The notes under the pieces are model-generated. The model did not search any database. It worked only from the letters and a program-made list of their open reading frames with translations, and had not been told where the DNA came from. Below are positions 1 through 13,515 of a stretch of DNA of 64,000 nt, piece by piece. The stretch comes from Octopus vulgaris (Eukaryota): contig OX597815.1 in the NCBI GenBank assembly GCA_951406725.2, forward strand, positions 15,810,001-15,874,000, given 5' to 3'. The stretch's first letter is position 1. Each line of letters begins with the position of its first letter. Position numbers and translations under genes: made by a program.

Positions 1-5
1 TCTCT

Positions 6-43
<38 letters not shown>

Positions 44-629
44 GTCAATCAATCAGTTTATATGGCTGACTAACGGTTCCTATCTTTATTTCTGCTTTCC
101 CTCAGTCAGTTCTCTCTCTCTCACTCTCTTTCAGTCAGTCAATCAATCAGTTTATATGCCTATTGCTATCTTTATTTCTGCTTTCCTCAGTCAATCTCTC
201 TCCCTCTCTCTCTCCTCCCGCTCTCTCCCTCCTTCTCTCTCTGATTATATATCACTTTGCCCCAGACATTTTTCCAGCAAGTGTCATCTTAACTGGTGAC
301 TCATACAGAGTGACTGAGCAGCTGCATTCATATGTTGTGCTGTATTGTCATGGACAGCAGAGAGAAAGTGAGACAAGAAAAGGGGATAAAAAAAAGAGAG
401 AGACTATACTGCTGTGTGGTACCTATTTACAGCCACATGAACTCCACCATTGAGAGCTCTCTGCCTCAAACACAGAAGCAGTGTACTTCACTCATTGTCT
501 GTATTTGACTTCATCTACTGTTGTTGTTTTACAACCCTAGGTCAACACTCATTAGGAAAAACATACAACATATTCTTAGTTAACTGAATAATTAAGTAAG
601 GTCTACAGATCTGTTGTTTCATATATACC

Positions 630-1277
630 ATACCTATTTCTTTACTACCCACAAGGGGCAAAACACAGAGGGGACAAACAAGGACAGACAAACGGATTAA
701 GTCGATTACATGGACCCCAGTGCATAAATGGTACTTAATTTATCGACCCCGAAAGGATGAAAGGCAAGGTCAACCTCGGCAGAATTTGAACTCAGAACGT
801 AGCGGCAGACGAAATACGGCTACGCATTTCGATCAGCTTGCTAACAATTCTGCCAGCTCGCCGCTTTTAGTAATAATAATAACCCTTTCTACAATAGACA
901 CAGGGCCTGAAATTCTGGGAGGAGTTGAGTTGATTACATCGACTCCTGTACTCAACTGGAACTTAATTTATCGATCCCGAAAGGATGAAAGGCAAAGTCG
1001 ACCTCAGTAGAATTTGAACTCAAAACATAGTAACAGACAAAATACCTATTTCTTTACTACCCACAAGGGGCTAAACACAGAGGGGACAAACAAGGACAGA
1101 CAAACGGATTAAGTCGATTACATCGACCCCGGTGCGTAAATGGTACTTAATTTATCGACCCCGAAAGGATGAAAGGCAAAGTCGACCTCAGCAGAATTTG
1201 AACTCAGAACATAATGGCAGACGAAATACGGCTATGCATTTCGCCCGGCGTGCTAACATTTCTGCCAGCTCGCCACC
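630..1277 (-). mobile_element. tRNA-derived SINE family A (cluster of two full copies and one partial)
   Basis: Head GGCGGCGAGCTGGCAGAA..., B-box GAGTTCAAATTC, central GCCTTTCATCCTTTCGGGGTCGATAAATTAAGTACCAG, tail TTTGTCCCCTCTGTGTTTAGCCCCTTGTGGGTAGTAAAGAAATAGG. Other copies at about 9660(-), 10185(-), 21290(-), 22530(+), 25005(+), 25185(+), 26700(-), 29775(+), 35010(-), 39191(+), 39601(-) and 62066(-). Confidence 0.88.
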
Positions 1278-1390
1278 TGTTTCATATATACCATACCTCT
1301 GCTTGCCTGGGGATCATACTGCTGAGAATCGCCCTATAACTTAACCACTTTGGTGTGACTAATTTTGTGTTACACTGTGACAGTCTAGAC

Positions 1391-1591
1391 CAGTGGTTTT
1401 CAACCAGGGTTCTGCCAGTACAGTCCAGGGGTTCCGCAAGAAGTTACAAAACTGCTAAAATCGGCAGTAATTTTTAATTCTCCTGTGCAGATATGTGTGC
1501 ATAAGACTATTAAATTATTGCACAGGGGTTCCCCGAGCCAGTGGAATGTTTCCTTGGGGTTCCACTCCAGCAAAAAGTTTGAAAAGCACTG
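1391..1591. mobile_element. hAT (Charlie-like) MITE, 201 bp
   Basis: TIRs CAGTGGTTTTCAA / TTGAAAAGCACTG; perfect 8-bp TSD GTCTAGAC. Confidence 0.9.
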
Positions 1592-1639
1592 GTCTAGACA
1601 TATACTCTATTTCTTTTGTTTTTGTGGTTATTACTGCCA

Positions 1640-2160
1640 TTGCTGCTGCTGTTGTTGTTGTTAAGCAACAAGACGGGTAAGGGTGAGTTCACTGCATCTG
1701 TTCTGTGGGTTGGGAGACGTCTGGCAGGTCGGGAGCGGAAGTCCACTTTTCCCAGATCCGAAGGACAAGTACGGGTCACTGGCCAGAGCGTCTGGTGGGG
1801 TTGGCATTTGCGGCGGGCGATGGATCCGTGGACAGTCGTAGATGACATGCTCCGCCGTCTCCTCTCCCACTCCGCACTTTCTGCAGGTTCTGTCTATGGC
1901 TCGGTCGATCTTGTAGAGCCAGTACTTGAAGTCCGGGTGATGACCACTTCTAAGTCAGCTGGTTAGAGACAAATCAGTGGCTCTGCTCACTTTCTCTCAC
2001 TTTCTCTCCATGGTCGCCGTAGATCCTCTTGACCCTTTCGTGTTTGAAGGGAGGTGGTTTAAGTGCCCGGTGGATGGCTACTTTTGCTGCGTCCTAGTGG
2101 TGGTGGGCTGTTGACTGGTCTCCTTCCATTCCGGCTTTGGCCATTTCATCTGCCAAGTTG
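1640..2160 (-). mobile_element. I-group (RNase H-bearing, Nimb/Ingi-like) LINE 3' fragment
   Basis: Minus strand: NLADEMAKAG (end of RNase H), LRSGHHPDFKYWLYKI, CRKCGVGEETAEHVIYDCP (CCHC knuckle); in-frame stops; (AAC/AGC)n tail. Confidence 0.8.
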
Positions 2161-3174
2161 CTGCTGCTGCTGTTGTATAACCCCTAGGTTAGCTCTGTCG
2201 TGTAGGTGGTCTGCCAAATAACTAGGTCTGATTATCCTGGGTCAGTGCATGTTGAGAAACTGAGGACTAAACTCCATGTTCTGGCATGCAATTGTTAATT
2301 GCATGAAGTACAGCATTGCAGTGTGGACGAGTATTTTCTCCACTATCCAGTCTATTTCTGTACATCCACTGTTCTTGTTTAACCCCTGGGTCAACCCTGA
2401 TCAAGAGGACCTATGATCAGTGGCCTTGCAGTTATGACCATCCTGTCTTTATGGGTATGAAGGACTACAAAACCCAATGTGTCCTTTCCAACATTAAGGT
2501 GAGGGAGTGTTTTGAGAGATATTTGGCTGCTATTTCTAACAAATAAAATGACTGCATAAAGACTCCTCTGTGGACTTGTCTACTTGCCAATAGATTCTAG
2601 CCACTGTAGCTGTTGCTACTGTAGTGGTGGTCATTGTTGAGACAGGCAAGTCGGACAGTATAAGAATACAACAGTTACTGTTTCTCCGCATAGATAACTG
2701 ATGGTGATGTACATTCCGGTACTTACTGATGCTGTTGTGTGGGTATTTTTTTCTCTATATTTGTCTGGACTGAATGGGTGGATGGAAAATTCTCCAGGTT
2801 GTCCTAAACCCTGTAGAAATTCCAAAAGCCCTGCAGAAATTAACAATCCGATGTTCGACTCTGAACTTTATTATCATGACCTGTTGTGTCTGGAGAAGCA
2901 TTTTGTTAAATACAGAGAGGAATTTGTCAGCATAGTAGAGTTTCGAATTATTATCAAGGGTGTGCCTGATAAATTAATTCGAAAGATATTTATCACATGA
3001 TGTGAATATGTGTGGTAGGAGAGGAAGAAAAAGAAATATTTTACTAAACACATTTAAATACATACATATGCATGCTCACACACATACACACACATGTAGA
3101 AGCATACACATACATACACTCACACACATAAACATTTAAATATATAATACACACATTTTTGTAAATTATAAGAG

Positions 3175-3230
3175 TGGGTGTGTTTTGTAGATACATGTGT
3201 TTATATGTGTGTGTGTGTGTATGTGAGTGT

Positions 3231-3261
<31 letters not shown>

Positions 3262-3292
3262 CGTATGTGTGTGTATGTTTGTGTGTGTGTGT

Positions 3293-3329
<37 letters not shown>

Positions 3330-3366
3330 CATGTGTGTGTGTCTGTGTGTGTGTGTGTGTGTGTGT
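3175..3366. repeat. (TG)n microsatellite
   Basis: Directly visible. Confidence 0.95.
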
Positions 3367-4475
3367 TAAAGTTACAGCATATACACAAACACTGACAGAC
3401 GATAAATATTTGAAATTATTATTTCCATAAAAACAATGTTTTGGTTGTTATAAACAAAATACCAAGGAATTTTATTAGCTGAAGTGAAATGGGTGTCTCT
3501 ATCACCCAAAGGATTCCAGTATGGAATTAATCTCCATTACAAATACCATAAGAATTCAGGTAGTGGTGGTTGTGGGGAAATAATTACAAGGTGGGGGAGA
3601 AATGAATCAGGGTAGTGGTAGAGGATTAGGGTAGAGGGTTTGTGAAATGATGCATGGTGGCAGTTGTGGAATAAAAGTAGAAGGATAACGGTGAAAGAAA
3701 GCAGTGGAATAGCATGCAGGGTGACAGTGGGGTGGAGAAATGATGCATGTTGGTAGAAGAAGAATAAGGAAGAAATTTTTCAGGAGGAGGTGTCTGAAAT
3801 GGTGAAGAGAGTTGTAGGGAAATATAGCAGGATGACAATGAAATACGGCAGAGCTAAGAAGTGCTCCAGAAACAGAGATTCTGGTTCTAACAACTTGTTA
3901 CTGTGTGTCGCTGTGGTTGTTGATGTTGCTGTTGTTGTTGTTTAGCCCGAGGTCAGTGCTGATTGGATGCACTTTTAATCGAAGAAACACCAGCCTTGTC
4001 TGACCCATCTTTTTTTTTTTTAACATCTGAGACTTTGACTATTATTTCTAGCTGGACTATAGACTTCCTTCATTATCAGATAGTGATGTAGTTGTAGTGG
4101 TAGCACTAAAGATAGTGATGGTTGTGGAGGTATTTATGTTAGTTGCAGTAGTATGGTAGTGTTACATTACTAATAGAGGTGGTGGTGGTCTGCCCAGGGC
4201 CATAATAAAAGACATTTGTCCAAAATGTCACACAGTAGGACTGAACCTGAAACCACCTCTACATATACATGCAGATGTATATCTGCACATATATGTATGT
4301 ATAAATACATCAACAGGGTATTTTTGTAGGTATGTATATCTGCACACGTGATGCACATGTGCATCAACAGGGTAGTTTTGTATGTATCTATGTATAAGTG
4401 CAGATTTGCATGTGTTTTTTTATGTATGTCTTCTCATACATATGCTTGCATATCTAGACAGACTCTCATATATAT

Positions 4476-4655
4476 TTAAATGACAAACTTCTGGAAAGTT
4501 TTACAGATTTTTACAGTTCCAGTGATAGCTTGGGTCTGTAGTCTTCGAATCAGCTTTCTCCTTTCTGGTTTTGAGAAGCCTAATTTCTCAAGATTGGTAT
4601 TTAAGCAGTGTGTTACATATCCCAGGGCCCCAATAATTACAGGTACAAACCTGGA
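4476..4655 (-). mobile_element. R4/Dong-like LINE extreme C-terminal fragment
   Basis: RFVPVIIGALGYVTHCLNTNLEKLG...LQTQAITGTVKICKTFQKF resembles REL-LINE C-termini; embedded in TG/TA repeats. Confidence 0.7.
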
Positions 4656-5267
4656 CTGTATGTATGTGCATGTGTGTGTGTATGTGTGTGTGTGTGCATG
4701 TGCATATGGCGTGCATGTGCATATGGCATGCATGTGCGTTTGTGAGTATGTGTTTATGTGTATTTTTGTCAAGACATCATTGGATGCTTGTCAATGAGCA
4801 TCATCATCATACAAGCAAGGCTGTTAGTTTCCAGTATTCCATAAAAAGTATGTCTAGAAATGTCTAGAAATGGGAAAAATATTACCTTGCTTGTATACAA
4901 GTCAAGGATAGTTATAGGAAAGACATCCAGCCATAGAAAATCTGCCTTAACAAGCTCTGTCTAAATTTACTGGTGTGCGCAAAGCCTTGTCATGCTGGAA
5001 TTAACTAATTGCAATTATACTAAGTAGCTATGAATAGAATACAGCTGTGTCCATTTATATTTGATATGCCTGTGTACACTTAAATATGGAAAGATCTTTG
5101 CCACAGTAACTGTCTCAGAAGAGAAATTTCCTTTTAGACAATGCATGTAAGAACGCACTGAGCTGGACTTTGAAAGATGTCACTGGACTGCAGCTCACAT
5201 GCCTTCATCAGCTACAGATACTGAACACACACACACACACACAAACAAACACACACACACATACATA

Positions 5268-5789
5268 CCGTAAATCCTTGAGTATAGTCCGCCCTTGAGT
5301 ATAATATGCAGGGGATTTTTAGGGGGCTGTACCTCTGAAAAACCTAAACCTTGTGTATAATACGCACTCCTTCTCTAACTTGAGTCGTGCGTAAATAAAC
5401 CAGCAGCACCAAGTCGAACAAACACTTCTGCGCATGCATAATACAATAATGGTGATGTTCTTAACTGTTATATGGGAATGTAAATATGTTTGCAAATTGT
5501 TTTTGTTACATGTTATTCTGAGTTTTGAATACTTTTATTTTAATAAATGTTGCTTACTGCAAGTTATGGATGATTCTTTTATGACTTCATTGCATTCAGT
5601 CTTAGCTTAAGGTATTTTCGCGCCCAACATCACAAAATGCGTCTGAATAAACATTGCCGGACAGCAAATAGAGACTCGGACATTGCTTAGAAAATATTTT
5701 TTATTTTCAACCTTGTATATAGTACACACTAGGGATTTTGACCTTTAAATTTTGGGAAAAAAGTGCAGATTAAACTCGAGGATTTACGG
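5268..5789. mobile_element. Tc1/mariner-pogo-type non-autonomous element
   Basis: TIRs CCGTAAATCCTTGAGT / ACTCGAGGATTTACGG with TA on both sides. Confidence 0.8.
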
Positions 5790-6023
5790 TACATACATAT
5801 ATGCAGGGTGCTTGGTGATGGGAAGGACATCCAGCCATAAAAACCATGCCAAAACAGATAGAGAAGTCTGGTGCAGTCTTCTGCCTGGCCAACTCTTGTC
5901 AAACCATCCAGCTCATGCCACCATGGAAAGTGAACATTAAACTGTGATGATGGCGACAACAATGAAGTATGTATGTATGTATGTATGTATGTATGTATGT
6001 ATGTATGTATGTATGCGTGTGTG

Positions 6024-6074
<51 letters not shown>

Positions 6075-6076
<2 letters not shown>

Positions 6077-6665
6077 TCATCATCATCGTTAACGTCCGCT
6101 TTCCATGCTAGCATGGGTTGGATGGTTCAACTGGGGTCTGGGAAGCCCGAAGGCTGCACCAGGCCAGTCAGATCTGGCAGTGTTTCTACAGCTGGATGCC
6201 CTTCCTAACGCCAACCACTCCGAGAGTGTAGTGGGTGATTTTATGTGCCACCGACACAGGTGCCAGAAGAGGCTGATATATATAGTAGGGTGCTAAGAGC
6301 ACCATATGAGCGTGATCGTTGCCAGAGCGGCTAAGTGGCTTCTGTGCCGGTGGCACATAAAAAGCACCATTCGAGCGTGATCATTACCAGCATCACCTTA
6401 CTGGCACCTCTGACGGTGGCATATGTAAAAAGATTCGAGTGAGGTCGTTGCCAGTACCGCCTGACTGGCCCCCGTGCCGGTGGCACGTAAAAGCACCCAC
6501 TACATTCTCGGAGTGGTTGGCATTAGGAAGGGCATCCAGCTGTAGAAACTCTGCCAGATCAAGATTGAAGCCTCGTGCAGCCATCTGGTTCGCCAGACCT
6601 CAGTCAAATCATCCAAACCATGCTAGTATGGAAAGCGGACGTTAAACGATGATGATGATGATGAT
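6075..6665. mobile_element. Two RTE 3'-UTR/tail fragments head-to-head; representative of ~25 such fragments in the window
   Basis: Tail motif GCACCCACTACACTCTCGGAGTGGTTGGCGTTAGGAAGGGCATCCAGCTGTAGAAAC...CCATGCTAGCATGGAAAGCGGACGTTAAAC(GAT)n, same as the end of the 30904 LINE. Other copies at about 5810, 9170, 12228, 16098, 20692, 22280, 25500, 32888, 35230, 36880, 37165, 40935, 44188, 47695, 50710, 51065, 51705, 52076, 53386, 53860, 54497 and 62325. Confidence 0.88.
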
Positions 6666-7203
6666 ATATATATATATACATACATGTATCTATGTGTGCA
6701 TATATATATATATATATACACACACATGTATCTATGTGTGCATGTATGTATATATACATCATCATCATCATTCAGATGGGATTTGTTGAGTCAGATTTTC
6801 TAAGACTGGATGCCCTTCCTATTGCCAACTGTTACCTGTTTCTAAGCAAGGTGATATTTTTCCACGCTGGACATGTTTTTCATGGAAGAAAGGAAACAAC
6901 CAGCATCACTTGTATAATGACGATATTTCTTTAGAAACATCATGTGATGTCTAGACAAGGGTGTGTGCACACATACATATGCATGTATGTGTATATACAA
7001 GAGACTTTTTTCAGTTTCCATTTAACAAATTCACTGACAAGGCTTTGGTCAGCCTTGGGCTTTAATAGAAGACACTTACTAGCCCAACATACCATGCATT
7101 GGAAGTGAACCCAAGACCATAAGGATGGGAAGCAAGATTCTTAACCACAAATACTATCTTATAACTACATACATATACTACCTTTTGCGCACACACAACA
7201 TAC

Positions 7204-7234
<31 letters not shown>

Positions 7235-7289
7235 TACACACAAAGTCAGTGAGTGAGGGAGGGAGGGGAGTCGAGGGAGAGATGGGTGC

Positions 7290-7892
<603 letters not shown>

Positions 7893-8310
7893 CCAAAGCA
7901 GACAGTGGTTATAATTTTCCAGTAGTTGCATCTCCTCCCCAGCCACCACATATCTCCATAGTTCTTGTGTGGCCTGTTAACACAATGAAATAACATTCTT
8001 TACATTCTTCGGCTCTATGTCTTATGGTCTCTCTTCTAGTTTTCCATTCCCTTTCTCCCTGTCTCCACACAACTTAACCCTTCCTCTGCATCATGTATAT
8101 ACATATAACTGTTGAATCATTATGCTCACTAAATATTTAAACACACACACACACATTACAAAGATGTGTGTGTGTATGAGAGAGAGAGAGAGTGTGTGTG
8201 TGTGTGTAAGAGAGAGAGTGTGTGTGTGAGAGAGAGAGAGTGTGTGTGTGTGTGCATGTGTATGTGTGTATATGAGTCTGTATATAAATTTATACACACA
8301 TATGTATATG

Positions 8311-8346
<36 letters not shown>

Positions 8347-8569
8347 TATGTATGTATGGATGGATGTATATCAGTTTATCAGGTTTTAAGTATGTGTCTG
8401 CTTTAAGTATGAATCACAAATTGCAATGTGTATATGTGTGTGAGTGTGTGTGTGTGTGAGAGAGTGTGTGTGTGTATGTGTGAGTGTGTGTGTGCATGAT
8501 TGTATATTTACATGTATGTATGTATATTTGTATGTATGCTTGTGTGTGTGTGTGTGTGTGTATACAAAA

Positions 8570-8605
<36 letters not shown>

Positions 8606-8663
8606 AGAACGGACGTTAAACGACGATGATGATGATATATATATATATATATATATATACATA

Positions 8664-8876
8664 CAGGGTGACCCAAAAGCAGATTTACAGTTATTCAACT
8701 ATCTCTTTCGTATTCATTCATTAGCAGTTTAGATCTTGATTATAAAAAAAATATGAAACCATTATTCTATGCTAATTTAGTTAATTGTAAGGCAAAAATT
8801 TAAATGTAATAAAATGCTTTAAAAGAAATTTAAAGTGCCTATATTATAACTGTAAACCTACTTTTGGGCCACTCTG
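8664..8876. mobile_element. Tc1/mariner MITE
   Basis: ~30-bp TIRs CAGGGTGACCCAAAAGCAGATTTACAGTTAT / ATAACTGTAAACCTACTTTTGGGCCACTCTG; TA TSD. Confidence 0.8.
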
Positions 8877-10564
8877 TATATATATTAATACACACACACA
8901 CACACACAAAAATGTTTTGCATACATGTACGCCGGACACAGCAGACCATTTGATGTCAATGTGTCCTGTCATTGAAACTACGAAGACAACAATGACGAGG
9001 TCAAACTTAAAATTGAACAAGGAAATGTTAGACGCGTAGTATGCATAAGGGAGTGAACCACATATTGTATTAAGAAGGATACTTACCACACCCTACATAC
9101 ACATACAAACAAGCTAATTAAAATAAATATTTAAGGCCCACACAGATCATAAAACACACACAATCATCATCATCATAATCATTTAACGTCTGCTTTCCAT
9201 GCTGGCATGGGTTCAATGGTTTGACTGGGGACTGGTAAGCCAGGAGGCTACACCGGGCTCCAATCTGATCTGGTAAGGTTTCTATTGCTGGATGCCCTTC
9301 CTAACACCAACCACTCCGAGAATGTAGTGGGTGCTAAATGATGATGATAAAGAAGAGGATATGTTCTTGCCTGTTCACTCTATAACAACATGATCAAGGT
9401 GTATCTACAAAACATACAGCCTCATATACAGTATAACACCACACTCACATCCTCTCACTCTGCTCTAACTCTACTTAAATCATCTCAAAACCTGGCCTAA
9501 TTAGTACTTAGAAAATCTGTTTCTCTTCTAAACAGCAACACTAGAGAACATCATATACAACCAGCCACCACACTCAGCAATGTAAATATAACCCCACCAC
9601 ACACAGAAAATGTAGATTCTAGGAGTTACATAAAGCTCCTCAACAACATTCACAATATAGTTATTTCTTTATTGCCCTCAAGGTGCTAAACATAGAGGGG
9701 ACAGACAAAGGGATTAAGTCGATTACATCGACCCAAGTATGTAACTGGTACTTAATTTATCAACCCCGAAAGGATGAAAGGTAAAGTCGACCTCGGCGGA
9801 ATTTGATCTCAGAACGAAGCAGCAGATGAAATACCGCTAAGCATTTTGCTCGGCATGCTAATGTTTCTGCCAGCTTGCCACCTTAAAACATTCACAATAT
9901 AGTAAAGAGAACAAAACAATACAGAAACAAGCTTAGAACAACCACGAGTACTGCATTCAATCAATAGAAAGAAACAACAGTGATATGCAAATAATTCATT
10001 AAAATTATCATGGACTATACCAGTACTACCTGGGTCACTAATCTCAGGACAAAAAATTACAATGAACTGTAAAGAACACAAGACACCATTTTACGTATCA
10101 TAATATGTTGTACACAGACTACAGCCACTGACCATCTAAATACCATCTACACTACCAAAGAAAAATGCAAAATATGAAAAATCCACCGAGATATTTGGCA
10201 GAAAATTTGAACTCAGAGCATAAAGATGGATGAAATACAGATAAGCATTTTGTCTGGCATACTAACACTTCTGCCAGCTTGCTGCATTTTAGGCAAATAG
10301 ATATATACGAGCGCATACATGACAATATTCTCAAAGGTAGACACACATATATTAACCACACAGACAGATAGGTACAATACTGACCACTTCATACACACAC
10401 TCCTTCTCTCTCTCTCTCTCATATACACACACACTCACAATACAAAACTTACATACACTCAGACAAATATCACACATACTACAATGATTCTTTACAGGCA
10501 CTCATACATATGCTATCACATACACATGCATTATAACTTACAGACACACCCAGGTATGCATGCA

Positions 10565-10600
10565 TGCATACATACATACATACATACATACATACATACA

Positions 10601-10632
<32 letters not shown>

Positions 10633-11363
10633 ACATACATACATACATGCATACATACATACATACATACATACATACATACACACACACACATACATAC
10701 ATACATACATACATACATACATACATACATACATACAACATACATACATACATTCATTCATACAACGTACATACATACATACATACACACACATACATAC
10801 ATACATACATACATACATACATACATACATACATACATACATACATACATACATACATACATACATACATACATACATACATACATACATACATACATAC
10901 ATACATACATACATACATACATACACACACATACATACATACATACATACATACATACATACATACATACAACATACATACATACATTCATTCATACAAC
11001 GTACATACATACATACATACACACACATACATACAAACATGCAAACATACATACATACATACATACATACATACACACATACATACACACATACATACAT
11101 ACATACATACATACATACATACATACATACATACATACACACATACATACATACATACATACATACATACATACATACATACATACATACATACATACAT
11201 ACAACGTACATACATACATACATACATACATACATACATACATACATACATACATACATACATACATACATACATACATACATACATACATACATACATA
11301 CATACATACATACATACATACATACATACATTCAAACATACATACATACATACATACATACAT

Positions 11364-11398
<35 letters not shown>

Positions 11399-11466
11399 TA
11401 CATACATACATACATACATACATACATACATACATACATACATACATACATACATACATACATACA
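10565..11466. repeat. (TACA)n microsatellite, ~900 bp
   Basis: Directly visible; source of the many MYVC/HTYI ORFs. Confidence 0.97.
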
Positions 11467-11821
11467 GATGACAGATAGATACACCGCATGAAACAAAAGA
11501 GATATTATGAAAGGAGAGAGAGAGAGAAAAGAAAGAATTGAAGTGATAAATATGATATTATCAGGTGTGACCTGTAGGAAGGTGACACTAAAGGGACGTG
11601 CCTGTATGCAGAGAATTTCATGTGAAGAGCAAGAGAAAGAAACAGATAGACAGACTTCTATCTGTTTATTTCTCTCATAAAATGTAGACAAACAGACACA
11701 CAGACAAACCAACAGGCAGATTGTACAAAAGGATCAAATAAGGAATCGGTTGGGGAGGGAAGCTGGTGAGGGTGTACAATGTTGACAACAATAAATACAA
11801 AAACAGAAACTTGGTAAATTA

Positions 11822-12028
11822 CAGGGTGTCCCAGGGTGCCCCATCCTAGTTTTTTTTAAAAGGATGCACCCTTATTGATATCAAAAACACTTTATTGAAA
11901 TTAATTGTAACAAATGCTCAAATTGAGCATCCTCTACAATAAAACATGCAGAAAAAATATAATACAATAAAATGCTTTAATTATTTTTAATGGAAACCAG
12001 AATGGTGCACGACTTCTGGGACACCCTG
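11822..12028. mobile_element. Tc1/mariner MITE
   Basis: TIRs CAGGGTGTCCCAG / CTGGGACACCCTG; TA TSD. Confidence 0.75.
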
Positions 12029-13120
12029 TATAACTACTATAGAAAGAAAACATTTTCAGACTCTTGTACAAGCAATAAGATGAGAAAGTTTTAGGGTATT
12101 ATAAGAAGTTGTTCACTTCTTGTACCAACAGCCATCTAAATAATTCAGCAGTCTTCTACATTATGTTAAATGACCAAAAGTCTATAAATGCCTGGTTTCT
12201 AATCATCATCATCATCTTCGTTTAGCGAGGCTGGCAACAGCCACAATCGGATGGTGCTTTTTATGTACCACCAGCACGGGGGCCAGTTAGGGCGGCGCTG
12301 GGAACGGCCACATTCGGATGGTTCTCTTACGTACCACCGGCACTGGTATCACAGCTGCAATTTCCATTGATGTTGATTGATTTCGATTTTGATTTTCACT
12401 TGCCTCAACAGGTTTTCACAAGTAGAGTTTTGTGTCCCAAGAAGGAAAGGTATGCATAAGTGGACTGACTACATCCCATGTCTCACTTGTCCTGCCGGAT
12501 CTTCTCACGCACAGCATACTTCCAAAGGTCTCGGTCTCTAGTCATTTCCTCTAATATTCATGATAATTGAGTTACTCCAACATTCCAGGAACTCTCTTTT
12601 GTATATAAAAAGGGTTTAACTTTTTAGCATTCTGATTACTCTGTCAAATGTAATTTTTTCACATTGTTTTGAATTAATCAATTATTATCTCATAGCTTCA
12701 AGATTTTGATGATGTGATTGTTTATATTTAGAATGGCATTGCTGGGTAGGTGTGAGAGGTTAGATATGGCTGGTTTGAACACAAAACAGGTTGAATATTT
12801 GGCCCAGATATGTTGATGAGAGAAAGCATAAGAATTAATTCCCAAAACTTTGTAACACTGGTGCTTATTTTGGTTTCTTTGGAGTTCAGTTGATCTCATA
12901 AACAGCAATTTCTCTAAGACAAGATGCTAGTCTTTCACAAATTCACTGATGAATAGCTATGAGGAGACATAAAATAAATTGTCCCATTAAAAATCAACAA
13001 TGGAATGCATGCAATGGATCTGAACACCTGATCTATAAGCTGACAGTTCTATACACAACTTCATTCACAGTAGTACACACACCAACATGAGCCGTCAGTT
13101 TTATACACAACATACAGTAT

Positions 13121-13515
13121 AGGCGTAGGAGTGGCTGTGTGGTAAGTAGCTTGCTTACCAACCACATGGTTCCGGGTTCAGTCCCACTGCGTGGCACCTT
13201 GGGCAAGTGTCTTCTGCTATAGCCTCGGGCCGACCAAAGCCTTGTGAGTGGATTTGGTAGACGGAAACTGAAAGAAGCCCGTCGTATATATGTATATATA
13301 TATGTGTATGTTTGTGTGTTGTGTTTGCCCCCCTCCCCCAACATCGCCTGACAGCTGATGCCGGTGTGTTTACGTCCCTGTAACTTAGCGGTTCGGCAAA
13401 AGAAACCGATAGAATAAGTACTAGGCTTACAAAGAATAAGTCCTGGGGTCGATTTCCTCGACTAAAGGCGGTGCTCCAGCATGGCCACAGTCAAATGACT
13501 GAAACAAGTAAATGA
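13121..13515 (+). mobile_element. tRNA-derived SINE family B (CORE-like segment, internal TA/TG microsatellite)
   Basis: A-box TGGCTGTGTGGT, B-box GGTTCAGTCCC, GCACCTTGGGCAAGTG segment, 3' end GTCAAATGACTGAAACAAGTAAAAGA. Copies at 13824(+), 14470(-), 17756(+), 50865(+, interrupted), 60337(+), 61192(+); older copies at ~7000 and ~44880. Confidence 0.88.

Noticed and set aside
1616-1966. ORF with a signal-peptide-like Leu run
   Set aside because: The Leu run is a (CTG/TTG)n repeat, and the remainder is antisense to a LINE fragment.
2631-3000. Possible exon(s) in unique sequence (ORFs 2701..3000+ and 2631..2846-)
   Set aside because: No recognisable domain or consistent splice structure; cannot be supported without homology or RNA data.
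8925-9060. PDTADHLMSMCP peptide resembling a LINE zinc knuckle
   Set aside because: Too short and isolated to assign confidently.
10479-11712. Long MYVC/HTYI ORFs, and similar ORFs at 3044-3430, 7178-7996, 8091-8732 and 52829-53543
   Set aside because: Translations of microsatellites.
13121-13200. tRNA genes at SINE heads (also 29775 and 40575)
   Set aside because: A and B boxes are present, but there is no complete cloverleaf and each continues into a multi-copy SINE body.
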